Both the position numbers and the translations under genes were made by a program. Shown here one piece after another: positions 1-10,129 of a DNA stretch of 64,000 nt. Origin of the DNA: a virus (lineage: Duplodnaviria; Caudoviricetes); the IMG/VR virus record IMGVR_UViG_3300028888_000057; one strand, written 5' to 3'. Each line of letters begins with the position of its first letter. The first letter of the stretch is position 1. A model generated the notes under the pieces. It searched no databases. It was given only the letters and a program-made list of their open reading frames with translations, and was not told where the DNA came from.

Positions 1-47
1 GCAGCAATGCGGCTCTTTTTTTGATAAAAAAGAAGGAGGAAACAAAC

Positions 48-341
48 ATGGATTACATCAGTATCATCAAAAAGGAAGCAGCTCCCTACATGGATCGTCT
101 CTCGATCCGTAGAGAAGCAATGCTTAAGCAGGATGAAGAGCTTTACGAGTATAGTTTTTCATCTGCTTTCGATTGTGCCAAACATCATGACCACGACAGG
201 TTAGTATCAGCCGTTAAAAAGATTAACGTACAGTTAATCAAAGACGGTAAAAAGCCTCTTTGTAGCGATGATCGCTACGAGGCAGCAAAGTTTTGCTGCA
301 TTATCAGCGGCAGAAAAGAGTTAGTAGACTATGTTTACTAA
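48..341 (+). CDS. hypothetical early protein
   Basis: ORF with AGGAGG RBS before ATG at 48; followed by a hairpin and U-tract. Confidence 0.7.
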   Translation: MDYISIIKKEAAPYMDRLSIRREAMLKQDEELYEYSFSSAFDCAKHHDHDRLVSAVKKINVQLIKDGKKPLCSDDRYEAAKFCCIISGRKELVDYVY

Positions 342-408
342 CAAAAACCACAAGGAGAGACTGAAAAGCCTCTCCTTTTTTTATTATTATCAAATAAGGA
401 GGAAAATT

Positions 409-573
409 ATGTATAACTCTCCATACAAACTGTATATCGATAATGATTATATTGAGTACAAGTTCATTACCGATGCTGCACAAGCGTGGGCAGACGAACC
501 CAACGCCAAAATATTCGATGCTAATGGCATTGAGGTAGAACAAGAGGACATCGAATCAGTCCTCTGTTGGTAA
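409..573 (+). CDS. small hypothetical protein
   Basis: AAGGAGG RBS before ATG at 409 within ORF 331..573. Confidence 0.55.
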   Translation: MYNSPYKLYIDNDYIEYKFITDAAQAWADEPNAKIFDANGIEVEQEDIESVLCW

Positions 574-659
574 CTTTGACAAACAGGAGATCCAAGCGGT
601 CTCCTGTAGTCAGAGCTACTGTCTCTGAAAAAAATAAAATAAGAAAGGTGGTACCCATC

Positions 660-1058
660 ATGATTAACATTATCGACATTTTTCCTGCTCTTGCAGCCGC
701 ATTGGCAACGTTCCTTATTTGCTTTGTTGTTTACAAAGCGGTAACGGGAAACCAAACAGCAACGATTATTCTTACCGCGATCGTTAGTTTCATAATTCTC
801 ATTGGAGCAGCTGCAGCAGGAACAGCAGAAACACAATACAAATACCAATTAGAAATTTGTATTGTTAATGTCTCCGCAGAAGAAATCAATATTATTCGTT
901 TGTCAGATGGAAATGAATATGCCATCGACTTCGAATATGGTTGGTCTAATGGACTCAACATTGTTATCTTTAACAATAACAATACTACATCGCCTTATGA
1001 TGATATTGTTATTGTAAGAAATGAACTGTTCTATGGTTTTATTAACAGCAACATTTAA
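660..1058 (+). CDS. hypothetical membrane protein
   Basis: AAAGGTGG RBS; two hydrophobic segments. Confidence 0.6.
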   Translation: MINIIDIFPALAAALATFLICFVVYKAVTGNQTATIILTAIVSFIILIGAAAAGTAETQYKYQLEICIVNVSAEEINIIRLSDGNEYAIDFEYGWSNGLNIVIFNNNNTTSPYDDIVIVRNELFYGFINSNI

Positions 1059-1200
1059 ATACTGTTGCTTTTTATACGGCATAAGGTAAGCCTGCTCCAC
1101 GGTGGACGAAACCTTGAAACATGCGGGTGTTTGCCGCAGTAACCTGCAACGGTTACACATTATATGCACCTACTGCATAGTGTAGGAGAAGGAGGATACC

Positions 1201-1656
1201 ATGTCTATCAATACCATCACACCCATAAACTGGTTTGAAGATTTCAACGGAGCGAATTTTGGCTTTATTAGACAAGCAGCTTGTAATAATAATTTACCAT
1301 TCGACGATAAACTGAAAACCATTAGTTTACCAAGATGTATTGAAGCCGTTGATGGGTTCGGGATTCAGGGAAGCTTTGAGAACCATCAAATTGTATTCAC
1401 CGTTGTTGTTGTTAACTATGAAGAATGTGGTGGAGATCCAGATGATCCAAATTGGGAATATCAACTGATCCCAACGCTCTGGCTATACAGTGGGACATGG
1501 GACAAACACAAAATAGAAGGGTTAGCTTCTAGCAGCCAATTGGCAGTTGGCAAAATGCTACAGGGCATTTATAGAAACGCAAATGTTCATAATCCAGAGG
1601 TCGCATCTGCATTAAAGACACATAAGTTTAAATTCAGAACATTCGGCTTTTGTTGA
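1201..1656 (+). CDS. hypothetical protein
   Basis: 151-aa ORF, AAGGAGG RBS. Confidence 0.7.
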   Translation: MSINTITPINWFEDFNGANFGFIRQAACNNNLPFDDKLKTISLPRCIEAVDGFGIQGSFENHQIVFTVVVVNYEECGGDPDDPNWEYQLIPTLWLYSGTWDKHKIEGLASSSQLAVGKMLQGIYRNANVHNPEVASALKTHKFKFRTFGFC

Positions 1657-1931
1657 AGACAAAAGGTAGGTATAAAAGCCTGCTTTTTTATTTCAACATA
1701 CGTGAACAGAAGAGCTCTGAGTAATCAGAGTTCTTTTTTATATATCAACATGCATGAAGTACTCGCTCATGCATTACAACCGCAAAATCCCAGCGGTATG
1801 AGTGTGGCAATTGGGTGCCGTGCTATACGAAACATAGCTCAAGGCCGAGCAGGCGCATCTTAGCTCAAAGATGCAAATGTTTATCAATTCTATTTTGTTG
1901 TCTCTTAAGTGAGACAGAAAGGAAGGAAACC

Positions 1932-4900
1932 ATGTCTAAGATTAATACTTCTATTGCTGTCGTCTCCGCTCTGATCAACGAAGGGAAAATTCCGACGAAG
2001 GTGGCAAATGCTTTAGCGATTTCTCTGTCTGTAACCGAATTAAGACAGATCGTTGCCAACAATGCTCTTGACCGTCTCATGAAGATTGAAGGCATCGGTG
2101 AAAAGAGAGCTGCAACCATTATTAAGGTGCTTACTGGAAAGATCCCTCAGCGGCTTTCCGAGAGCCGCACCGGCAAGAAGATCAGCACTCGGGAACCGAG
2201 CGTAGGGTTCTCCCTTCGTTCGTTCGCTTCCAAGACCGTAATGAAGGAATATGTTCCGTACATCGAAGCGATAAATAATATCGAACTGTACAAAGAAACC
2301 GAAAACGGTCGTATGCTCGATGACGAAGCATTGCTTGATGCCCGTCAGGCATATGCTGAACTCAAGAAGTTTTCGAACGAACTGGACGAAAAGAACTTAC
2401 CGTTCTCTCTGTTCCAGAACGAAGGAACTATCTCACGGATGAGCCGCAGCATCGGCTCTGACATTTTCGGGATCGATTACACCTCAAAGAAACCGACAAC
2501 CGCATGGATTACTGTCGAACATGGAATCCAAGAGCTGATCAATTTCAATTGGCACGTTTTCGGCAACACGAAAACCGAAGCCGAAGCTGAAAAGAATCGC
2601 CTGCAGCAGGAAATCGAACACAGACTCGGTAACGCCGGTGTTCGGATGTATGTTGGCAACACGAGCGTAGAAAGCTCAATGATCCACTACGGTGGATTCG
2701 CAGCTTCAGCATCTCACCAGAAAGACGAGAAGTTGGTTATGGCTGACGCAAAACTTATGAAGCTTCATGAAGAAGCAATCTGGTTCACTATGAAGATGGC
2801 CGAAGTATTTGATCTTGAGATCAACGGAGCGGCAATTTGGAAAATGAGAGCAAACCTTCTTAGACCGATCCGTTGCGGTCTCAAAATCAAAGGTGGTCGC
2901 CAGCTTACGCTGAATGACATCGAAATTAAGGAACCGATCATTGTTAATCGTGTCATCAAGAACGCTCGAAAGATTGGTGAACTGAACGAAGAGACGGGTG
3001 AAATCTTCGAAGACGGCAAAATGGCTGTTGAAAAGACCTTGGCCGACGGCACTCTTATGTCTACCGTGGAACTCGAACAGTGGGGTCAGACCACTTCTTA
3101 TGGCATCAAGGGATGCTCGGGAGACGGAGCCGCTCCGATCAAGTACGCAGCGAAACTGGAAGGGAAAGAAGTTCCTTTGATGAAACCCATCCTTATGGAT
3201 GGGGGATGCTGGAAATTCGATAAAGTCAGATGTTCCTGGGAAGAATTCGTTCGTAGAGCGAACAAGCTCGCCGAACGGTATCCGAGTTTGAATAAACTCT
3301 GGCTGCTCCGCGAAGGAGACGAGCTGGAAGACGACGTTAAAGTTCGTCGACTGACTCGGAGTCTTATTCAGCAGTGGATCCATCTCGACGCTCGCGACAT
3401 CCGTATGATCACTAAGAAGAGCCGCAAGAGCCTGAACAAAATGAAGACCTTAAAGGGTGCTATCAACATGATGGCCGAGACTGGACGGGAAGAAAAGAGC
3501 CAGTTGGGTAAGGTGTTTGAGAAAGCACCGTGGCTGGTACTTAATCCTGAAGTTCAGAGATATCTCGAAACAAGGTTTGTCCGGAAACAGAGGGAAGCTG
3601 CGGCATGTAAGTTTAAGACGACTGGGTTTTATCCTTACATTCAGGAAGACTTTGTTGCCATCGCCCAAATTTGGGTGTTTGGTGCCGATTCCAACCGTAT
3701 GGATCTGGGCGTGTTGAAGGCAGGCGAAATGAGCGTCGCTGATGTGGCACCCAAGCAGAAAATGCTGGCAGTCCGGTTTCCTGCGAACTATCAGACCGCT
3801 GCCGTACGTATCAATGTGCCTTGTCGCGAAGCTTTCAGTTCTTGCAGCAACATCTGCATGATCTCAATCTACGACGATATCCTGATCCGTCAGGATGGTG
3901 ACGTAGATGGTGACGAAATGGCCATCATTCTGGATGAAATCGCAATAGCTGCGACTGAAAGAATGTACGAAGAGTTCAATCCTCCGGTTGTCGTGTTCGC
4001 ACACGGAGGAAAGGCTCCGAAGAAAAAGATCAGCAATCGGGCTGGTCTTATTGAAACTATGTATAATGACTTGTGGAAGGCCAAGAAGTTTGATGGCGTT
4101 GGAAAGTATGCCAATCTGGCAACTCTTTGTTGCCACCTTGCTTCTCTGGCTTATGCCCATGGAGATATGGACGAAGTTAAGATGCGCCTTGTTCAGATGT
4201 CTCTGGCATCGACTGGTGCTATCTTAGCGATTGACCAAGTGAAAGGCAACGCCGTCAGCGACGAGCTGATCGAGCGACTGGAACAGATCAGCAAGTCTGT
4301 CAGGAACCAGTGTCTGAACATGATGCCGTTCACTCAGCAGTTCGTCAAAGGCCTGAAGGCTGATGAAGTTCTGCCTGAAAGTGATGCTTTGTGTGATCAG
4401 ATGGCTGGTCTGATCATTCGCGATACCAACGACAAGGAAACCAACGGTTATAAACTTGAAGTTGGTAACGCGCAGTGGAACGCAAAGGAAGCGAAGCGGG
4501 CTATGCTCGACTTTGGCCTGAGAACGACTTCACTCCGGAACTCTCCTGTTCCGAAGAGCATTCTCGATACACTGGCGGATAACTGGTTCAACGACAAGAA
4601 CAATGCTGATCAGGAGACCTTCCGTCTGATCAAGGCTGGTCAGCCCGTTCAGATGAAGGATCTGGTACTTCTCATGTGGAGAAATGCATGTGCGTTGGAA
4701 TTCCGTATGACCGGGGATAATCTGACCGCCAAGCGGGAAGAGTATCTGAAGATTGTACGTGAAATGCTGTATACACAGGCAACCTCTGCTAAATGGGTTG
4801 GTAATGACGGGCACGTATTCACCGATGCCGAAAAGAAAGCTTCTGTCGTGAACGTTCTGGTGTATGATGCACTTAACATGAGCGGCAAAGGCAATGGTAT

Positions 4901-5180
4901 CGATGATGACAAGAAGGGATCCTATGCAATCTTCGTACTGAAGGTGTTTGCGAAGGAGATCCTCTGGTGTCTCGAACGGAACCATGCAGATGCCAACCTG
5001 TTCAACATCAAGTATGCGACTGCTACCGATCTGGAGATCGAAGAGTCCGCAGAAGCGATTGAGAACATTCTGGCCGACGGGTGGGGCAACATTGACGAAG
5101 ATCAGGAAGTGTGGTTCTCCGATGAGGATAACTACACAGACTATGATCTTGGCGACAATGACTATGTAGAAGAATGTTAA
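1932..5180 (+). CDS. single-subunit RNA polymerase, RdRP/YonO-like (copy 1), with N-terminal helix-hairpin-helix
   Basis: VRFP followed by RQDGDVDGDE (DxDGD metal-binding loop); AIDQVK motif; LMKIEGIGEKRA HhH; AGGAAGGA RBS before ATG 1932. Confidence 0.75.
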   Translation: MSKINTSIAVVSALINEGKIPTKVANALAISLSVTELRQIVANNALDRLMKIEGIGEKRAATIIKVLTGKIPQRLSESRTGKKISTREPSVGFSLRSFASKTVMKEYVPYIEAINNIELYKETENGRMLDDEALLDARQAYAELKKFSNELDEKNLPFSLFQNEGTISRMSRSIGSDIFGIDYTSKKPTTAWITVEHGIQELINFNWHVFGNTKTEAEAEKNRLQQEIEHRLGNAGVRMYVGNTSVESSMIHYGGFAASASHQKDEKLVMADAKLMKLHEEAIWFTMKMAEVFDLEINGAAIWKMRANLLRPIRCGLKIKGGRQLTLNDIEIKEPIIVNRVIKNARKIGELNEETGEIFEDGKMAVEKTLADGTLMSTVELEQWGQTTSYGIKGCSGDGAAPIKYAAKLEGKEVPLMKPILMDGGCWKFDKVRCSWEEFVRRANKLAERYPSLNKLWLLREGDELEDDVKVRRLTRSLIQQWIHLDARDIRMITKKSRKSLNKMKTLKGAINMMAETGREEKSQLGKVFEKAPWLVLNPEVQRYLETRFVRKQREAAACKFKTTGFYPYIQEDFVAIAQIWVFGADSNRMDLGVLKAGEMSVADVAPKQKMLAVRFPANYQTAAVRINVPCREAFSSCSNICMISIYDDILIRQDGDVDGDEMAIILDEIAIAATERMYEEFNPPVVVFAHGGKAPKKKISNRAGLIETMYNDLWKAKKFDGVGKYANLATLCCHLASLAYAHGDMDEVKMRLVQMSLASTGAILAIDQVKGNAVSDELIERLEQISKSVRNQCLNMMPFTQQFVKGLKADEVLPESDALCDQMAGLIIRDTNDKETNGYKLEVGNAQWNAKEAKRAMLDFGLRTTSLRNSPVPKSILDTLADNWFNDKNNADQETFRLIKAGQPVQMKDLVLLMWRNACALEFRMTGDNLTAKREEYLKIVREMLYTQATSAKWVGNDGHVFTDAEKKASVVNVLVYDALNMSGKGNGIDDDKKGSYAIFVLKVFAKEILWCLERNHADANLFNIKYATATDLEIEESAEAIENILADGWGNIDEDQEVWFSDEDNYTDYDLGDNDYVEEC

Positions 5181-5757
5181 ACCATAATACACGGGAGCCG
5201 CACGATCGGCTCTCGTAATTGTGGCTTAACACACCACAATATCACCCCAAAACCCTAACTTCGACACCGACCGATTCTATTAGGGCGGGGGAGTTTTTTG
5301 GGACGCTCTAATTTTACGGGGCCAATATTTTTTCGGGCCCTATATATTTTTCTCGCAATATATATTTTCTCCATTGTTATTATATTATCTCCGTCCCACA
5401 AGTGGGACTACAAATACTTTTGTGAAGAATGTTGTTTTCAAACATTTCTGTGTCACGTTCTTAATTGTCGCGGCGACCGAATATTTTACAGGGCGGGAGA
5501 GATTTTAAACCCTTCGGACTTACAATTTCTTTCCATCCTTATTTTATCAATCTTTCGCCTTTCCTTAACTTGAAATACTCACACGGCCCGCAAGCGGGCC
5601 TGCAAATACATCTGCGAAAGGAAAACCATCTCCTTTCAAGGTTTCTCATTAATCAATTTTCCTACTGTTCGCACACGATCCACCGGATCGCAAGCGATCC
5701 TGCTAAGTACCCTTATGGGAAAATCCCGTATTACATAATTAAATATTTTAGGAGGTA

Positions 5758-6015
5758 TTGGTTATGTTCATGGAAACTCGTAATGCTCTGAAGAAGGCTC
5801 TGGCGGACTGGAAGGAACGGCTCGTTGAGCATGACAGGAAGGTTGCCAAGCTTGAAGCTCTCGTTCGCTCTTTTAACGAAAACACCCCGGAGCATCTGTT
5901 TGTTCCTACCATGCAGGTCTTGAAGAAGGCTGAGCAGGAAGCTGATTTGATTCGGCTGAACTGCCGTGCTTTGGAGACTGAACTGAAGAAATACAGTCTT
6001 AAGCCTGCAGCATAA
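5758..6015 (+). CDS. coiled-coil hypothetical protein
   Basis: AGGAGGT RBS, heptad-like sequence. Confidence 0.65.
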   Translation: MVMFMETRNALKKALADWKERLVEHDRKVAKLEALVRSFNENTPEHLFVPTMQVLKKAEQEADLIRLNCRALETELKKYSLKPAA

Positions 6016-6451
6016 TCTCGTATATCCAGTAAACCGCCCCGGCTACTGCTTAGCGCTGGTTGGGACGGTTAATTGGCTACACGAGGACTTTCAAGCATGT
6101 GACTATGGCAGACTGAAAGTCAATGCTTGAGACATGTCCTACATTTCGCGTCATGTTTTGCGGAAGTTGCCAGTTCTGCTTGACATGAGCGGCATGGGTC
6201 CCGGGGGATTAAGGGTCCCCTGGGATTTCCATTCAATAATGACATTTTCCTACTTCATGGGTTACCTCCTTCCTTTGGAGAGAATGGATTTCTTCCTTGA
6301 GCAAGAAGAATGAAATTCTCTCCTTTCTTTGGTAAAACCAGCCATTGGCTGATTTTATATAACCCGAATTAATCAAAGACTGAGATCTCGAATTCGGGCT
6401 ATTTCTCTCTTGCTTATTAATTATCGATTAATTTTAGGAGGATCAAACAAT

Positions 6452-6889
6452 ATGTTTAACGTTGATATCTACACAGACGGAGCGTGCTCCGGGAATCCCG
6501 GCCCTGGCGGATACGGTGCGATTATTACCTGCAAAGGGCAGGAAAAGATTGTCCGTGGTTTCGTTGAAAATTCTACCAACTGCAGAATGGAACTGATTGC
6601 CATTATTGAAGCAATCAAAGTTCTGAACAAACCATGTCAGATTCAGGTCTACACAGACGCAAAGTACGTCGTTGACGGTGTGACCAACTGCAAGAAATGG
6701 CTGGCCAAGAAAGATCTTGCCAATCGTGACTTGTGGATGGAACTCATCACAGTAGGCAACGAAGGCAAGCACAAGATGAAATTCATTAAAGTCAAAGGTC
6801 ATTCCGGAGATGTGATGAATGAACGCTGTGACAAAATTGCCAAAGAACAGATTCGTAAATACTGGCATGAAAGGACTGGAATGGAATGA
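6452..6889 (+). CDS. rnhA: ribonuclease HI
   Basis: IYTDGACSGNPGPGG, RMELIA, YTD, VKGHSG..NERCD motifs. Confidence 0.95.
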   Translation: MFNVDIYTDGACSGNPGPGGYGAIITCKGQEKIVRGFVENSTNCRMELIAIIEAIKVLNKPCQIQVYTDAKYVVDGVTNCKKWLAKKDLANRDLWMELITVGNEGKHKMKFIKVKGHSGDVMNERCDKIAKEQIRKYWHERTGME

Positions 6890-6966
6890 AAAAGCAGGTG
6901 GCTATCTATCTTTTCGCATTTCTGGTTCCAACGGTTTTATCTCTGATTTTTGTGAGGTGAATAAAT

Positions 6967-7164
6967 ATGCATGAGTATCAATGTATTGATACCGAGTATG
7001 GAGTGAAAGGATTCATGCCCAGCGGGGAACAGCGTGAGTTTGCAACAGAGTCGGAATATCGGGATGCATATACCGATGAGGAAAACGAAATCTACGATGA
7101 GATGTACAGACTGAACAATGGTTTTCAGTATGAAATCGAAGAAGATTTCGTGCTTGGCGCATGA
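6967..7164 (+). CDS. small acidic hypothetical protein
   Basis: GAGGTG RBS. Confidence 0.6.
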   Translation: MHEYQCIDTEYGVKGFMPSGEQREFATESEYRDAYTDEENEIYDEMYRLNNGFQYEIEEDFVLGA

Positions 7165-7412
7165 TCCTGTTATTTACATCTGTCGCAATGATTGCTATCT
7201 CGTTCTGGGCCGGAATGAAGACAGCAGACAGATACCATCGAGAGGCCATGCAGCATGAAGAATATTCCCTGAGATTAGCCCATGCAAGAATAGAATCAGG
7301 AAGTTATCCATCATATGTTGCACCAATTCAACCCATCGGTCAACCATTTATGGACAGACTGAAATCCCAAGGGAAAGCTACCCAACAAATTCGAAAATCC
7401 AAACAAGCATGA
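7161..7412 (+). CDS. hypothetical membrane-anchored protein
   Basis: ATGA overlap with upstream gene; N-terminal hydrophobic helix. Confidence 0.55.
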   Translation: MILLFTSVAMIAISFWAGMKTADRYHREAMQHEEYSLRLAHARIESGSYPSYVAPIQPIGQPFMDRLKSQGKATQQIRKSKQA

Positions 7413-7616
7413 TTCCCCGGGGCGCAAGCGCCCCTACAGGAATACATCTGTGAAGGGTAAACCAATTCCCTTCAAATCCCCATCATGTGGCGTCCGATAC
7501 CCACAATAAATACCGCCGTCGGATAGGACTGTCTCCCGAAAGAGCTGGGCAGATTGCAATGCAGAAATTGCTGAACCCATCGATTAAATTTTATTGATTA
7601 ACGGAGGATTTTGAAA

Positions 7617-8018
7617 ATGACTAACTTCCTTGCTTCTGGACATATTGTCCGTAATGCTGCTACCCGTACCGTGACCGTTGGCAACGTGCCGACTCTGGTG
7701 ACCGACTTCACCGTGGCCGTCAATGACGGATATGATCCCAAGACCAATCAGCCCCGGTATACCAACTACTGGCGCGTGAGCCTGTGGCGTGAGACCGGCG
7801 CAAAGCTGGCTCCGCATCTGGTTCAGGGTCGTGCTGTGAACATCACCGGTATCCCGACTGCCCGTGCGTGGCTGGATCAGAACGGCAAGCCTCAGGCTCA
7901 GCTTGAGGTGAAGGAAGCCCGTGTCGAGCTGATCGGCAAGAAGCCGGGTGATGACATTCCTGAGGAGCCGATTCCTGCGGATGTTATCCCGGAAGAGGAA
8001 CTGCCTTTCAATCAGTAA
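7617..8018 (+). CDS. ssb: single-stranded DNA-binding protein
   Basis: OB-fold pattern (FTVAVND..W..V.LW..L..GR.V.I.G) and acidic EEELPF tail. Confidence 0.85.
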   Translation: MTNFLASGHIVRNAATRTVTVGNVPTLVTDFTVAVNDGYDPKTNQPRYTNYWRVSLWRETGAKLAPHLVQGRAVNITGIPTARAWLDQNGKPQAQLEVKEARVELIGKKPGDDIPEEPIPADVIPEEELPFNQ

Positions 8019-8028
8019 TTGAAACCAT

Positions 8029-8068
8029 AGGGGGAATCAGAGCGATGGGGCTCTGGTTCCCCTTTTTT
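8029..8068 (+). terminator. intrinsic terminator
   Basis: GGGGAATCAGAGC/GCTCTGGTTCCCC stem followed by T6. Confidence 0.8.
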
Positions 8069-8103
8069 CGACTTCTCCATGTTGCATGTTCGATTGCGTT
8101 GCT

Positions 8104-8145
8104 TCGGTACCTAACTTTGAAGCCATGGAAGTGTGACATAAAGGA
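8104..8145 (+). promoter_or_regulatory. repeated motif copy 1 (GGTACC palindrome + GAAGCCATG-N9/10-CATAAAGG)
   Basis: Same motif recurs at 8764-8809, 32759-32785 and 32799-32844. Confidence 0.5.
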
Positions 8146-8323
8146 GAGAGACTAAAAGTTTTTTCTTTTTTTCTTTCCAGAATATTTTATTTCTTCGTAT
8201 CTTACGAGAGATTTTTAATCACGAAGGCGTGTCTTGATGAGGGGATGACTATTTGTCCATCTGAAAACGACAGCGGCCTATTTGATTATTTTTTCTCGGT
8301 AAATACGTTGAAAGAAGGAAAGG

Positions 8324-8593
8324 GTGATATTTTTGGAAACTTGTTTTAACTACTGTGATCCAAAGACTGCATTCTTCAGCTCGGACGAACGAAAGTGGAT
8401 CAATAAAATTCACAAGCTGAAAGAAAAGTACCCTTACGAGATCACGATCATTGCTGAGCCAAAGGATAACGACGGGTGTATCTATTGCAGACTTCCGGTT
8501 GCGTGGCTCAGAGTCCAGCCCAAGATCAAGCGAGAGATGTCCGAAGAACAAAAGGCGGCTTTTGTAGAGCGAATGGGCAATCTTCATAAATAA
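8324..8593 (+). CDS. hypothetical phage protein
   Basis: 89-aa ORF with purine-rich RBS. Confidence 0.6.
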   Translation: MIFLETCFNYCDPKTAFFSSDERKWINKIHKLKEKYPYEITIIAEPKDNDGCIYCRLPVAWLRVQPKIKREMSEEQKAAFVERMGNLHK

Positions 8594-8763
8594 CGAGAGA
8601 TTTTTAGTCAAATTCGTTTTGTTTGTGGCAGGATGAGAATTTCTCCACCTAAATATTCAAACAAGCTAATTGGTTTCAATTTCATCGTATATTACGAGGG
8701 TTCTGAACAAACGTGACTGAATATTACTCTGCAGATTGCAGAATGACTGTCGTATGGCAAATT

Positions 8764-8809
8764 AGTTCGGTACCGAAATTTGAAGCCATGCGAAACGAGC
8801 CATAAAGGA
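8764..8809 (+). promoter_or_regulatory. repeated motif copy 2, upstream of tRNA cluster
   Basis: AGTTCGGTACCGAA..GAAGCCATG-N10-CATAAAGGA. Confidence 0.5.
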
Positions 8810-9025
8810 AGAGGATGTATGAAAGGTGGGTTCGCTCCCCGCTGATCCTTCTTCCAGGCTGTCGGTGTGCGCTATACGCTTAATCGCAAACCAGCCTTTT
8901 GCGGCCGACAGTAATTTAATAAACAGGCTGCTTATCCCGTACCGATGCAAAGAAGAAGAGCAGCCGCTTACCCGATGCTTATACAGAATGATATTAGCTA
9001 ACTGGGTATAGTGTCGGGTTTGTAT

Positions 9026-9100
9026 GGGGCATTAACGCAACGGTAGCGTATCTGCTTTGCAAGCAGAAGGTTGCAGGTTCAAGTCCTGTATGCTCCACCA
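9026..9100 (+). tRNA. tRNA-Ala(UGC)
   Basis: GGGGCAT/ATGCTCC acceptor, TCTGC-TT TGC AA-GCAGA anticodon arm, GTTCAAG T-loop, encoded CCA. Confidence 0.9.
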
Positions 9101-9198
9101 CGACTGAGGGCGACGTTAGGGCGGTCGTAAAATAAAACTCTGAACAAGTCACTGTCAAAAGCCGGCAAATGTTTGACATACTTGACGTCGTATCTATC

Positions 9199-9267
9199 GA
9201 AGGTGTGGTGTAACGGTAACACGCGTCACCAGGAATGACGAGTCGCAGTTCGAATCTGACATCTTCG
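9199..9267 (+). tRNA. degenerate tRNA-like RNA, anticodon AGG (Pro?)
   Basis: GAAGGTG/CATCTTC acceptor, CGTCA-CCAGGAA-TGACG arm, TTCGAAT loop; C33 and imperfect T stem. Confidence 0.45.
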
Positions 9268-9401
9268 ACGTGTCGCGACTGATGTGTGGAGTTTTGATTT
9301 CTTTCGGCCATACAGAGAATGACAATCCAATGAAAGAAATAGCGGCATGGTGACAGCCGGTTGAAAAAGAAGGGCTCGCTACCCAGTCACCTTATCATTA
9401 T

Positions 9402-9488
9402 GGCTCGTTGGCGCAAATGGAAGATTCGCAAGTGATTTAAAATCACTCGGGGCATATCCCCATATCGGTTCGAGTCCGATACGAGCCA
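9402..9488 (+). tRNA. tRNA-Leu(UAA)
   Basis: GGCTCGT/ACGAGCC acceptor, AGTGA-TT TAA AA-TCACT, long variable arm, TTCGAGT T-loop. Confidence 0.85.
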
Positions 9489-9558
9489 CTGCTTCCTTTA
9501 TGGAAGCCCAACACCTCCTTTCATCATAAGGCCGCATGTCAAAGTGCGGCCGACTTAT

Positions 9559-9652
9559 CTCAGCTTAGTGTAACGGAGAGCACGACGGTCAACTGCATGC
9601 CACAGTAAACACTGTGTGACTGGATGAGACAGTTCGAATCTGTCAGCTGGGA
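9559..9652 (+). ncRNA. tRNA-like RNA with enlarged anticodon arm
   Basis: CTCAGCT/AGCTGGG acceptor, D arm, GACAG-TTCGAAT-CTGTC T arm; no 7-nt anticodon loop. Confidence 0.5.
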
Positions 9653-9697
9653 CTTGCCCATTTTCTGAATAGTGGGCATTCATTAACTAACTCTCCT

Positions 9698-9785
9698 TGA
9701 CGGTGTCTGTTTCTCAGCAAAGTCACATCGAAAGATGAAGCACTACTGGACTTAATCAGCCGTTCGATTCGGCTGGCCGTCACCA
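9698..9785 (+). ncRNA. tRNA-like RNA with acceptor, T arm and CCA but no canonical D/anticodon arms
   Basis: TGACGG../..CCGTCA-CCA, AGCCG-TTCGATT-CGGCT. Confidence 0.5.
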
Positions 9786-9786
9786 A

Positions 9787-9861
9787 TGGGGATTCGTATA
9801 TTGGCTATTACGCTCGGCTTTGACCCGAGAAAGGGCGGATCGTAACCGTCATCCCCAGCCA
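9787..9861 (+). tRNA. tRNA-Gln(UUG)
   Basis: TGGGGAT/ATCCCCA-GCCA, CTCGG-CT TTG AC-CCGAG; atypical T-loop ATCGTAA. Confidence 0.8.
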
Positions 9862-10129
9862 TATTACGACAGGACTTCTTTAAACACGAATAAAAATAAT
9901 ATTTTTAATCCGTGCCTGTAAGAATCAAAAAAACACCCTGTCGTAAAAAAATCCACTCGGGGAAATCGACAAATCCGAGTGAGTTCGGTGTACGCTATAT
10001 ACTCAATTGAGAACCAGCCTTTCTCAGCCGGACAATTTATATAATCGCTTCGTGGCCGCACAATCATTCTTATAGGCCGTCAGAATCAATTTGCTGCTGT
10101 CGCCCTTCGTGCGAAGCAGTTCTACGCGT

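Noticed and set aside
6250-6280. Minus-strand type I toxin ORF behind a strong AAGGAGGT
   Set aside because: The ATG is followed by AAG TAG, only two codons
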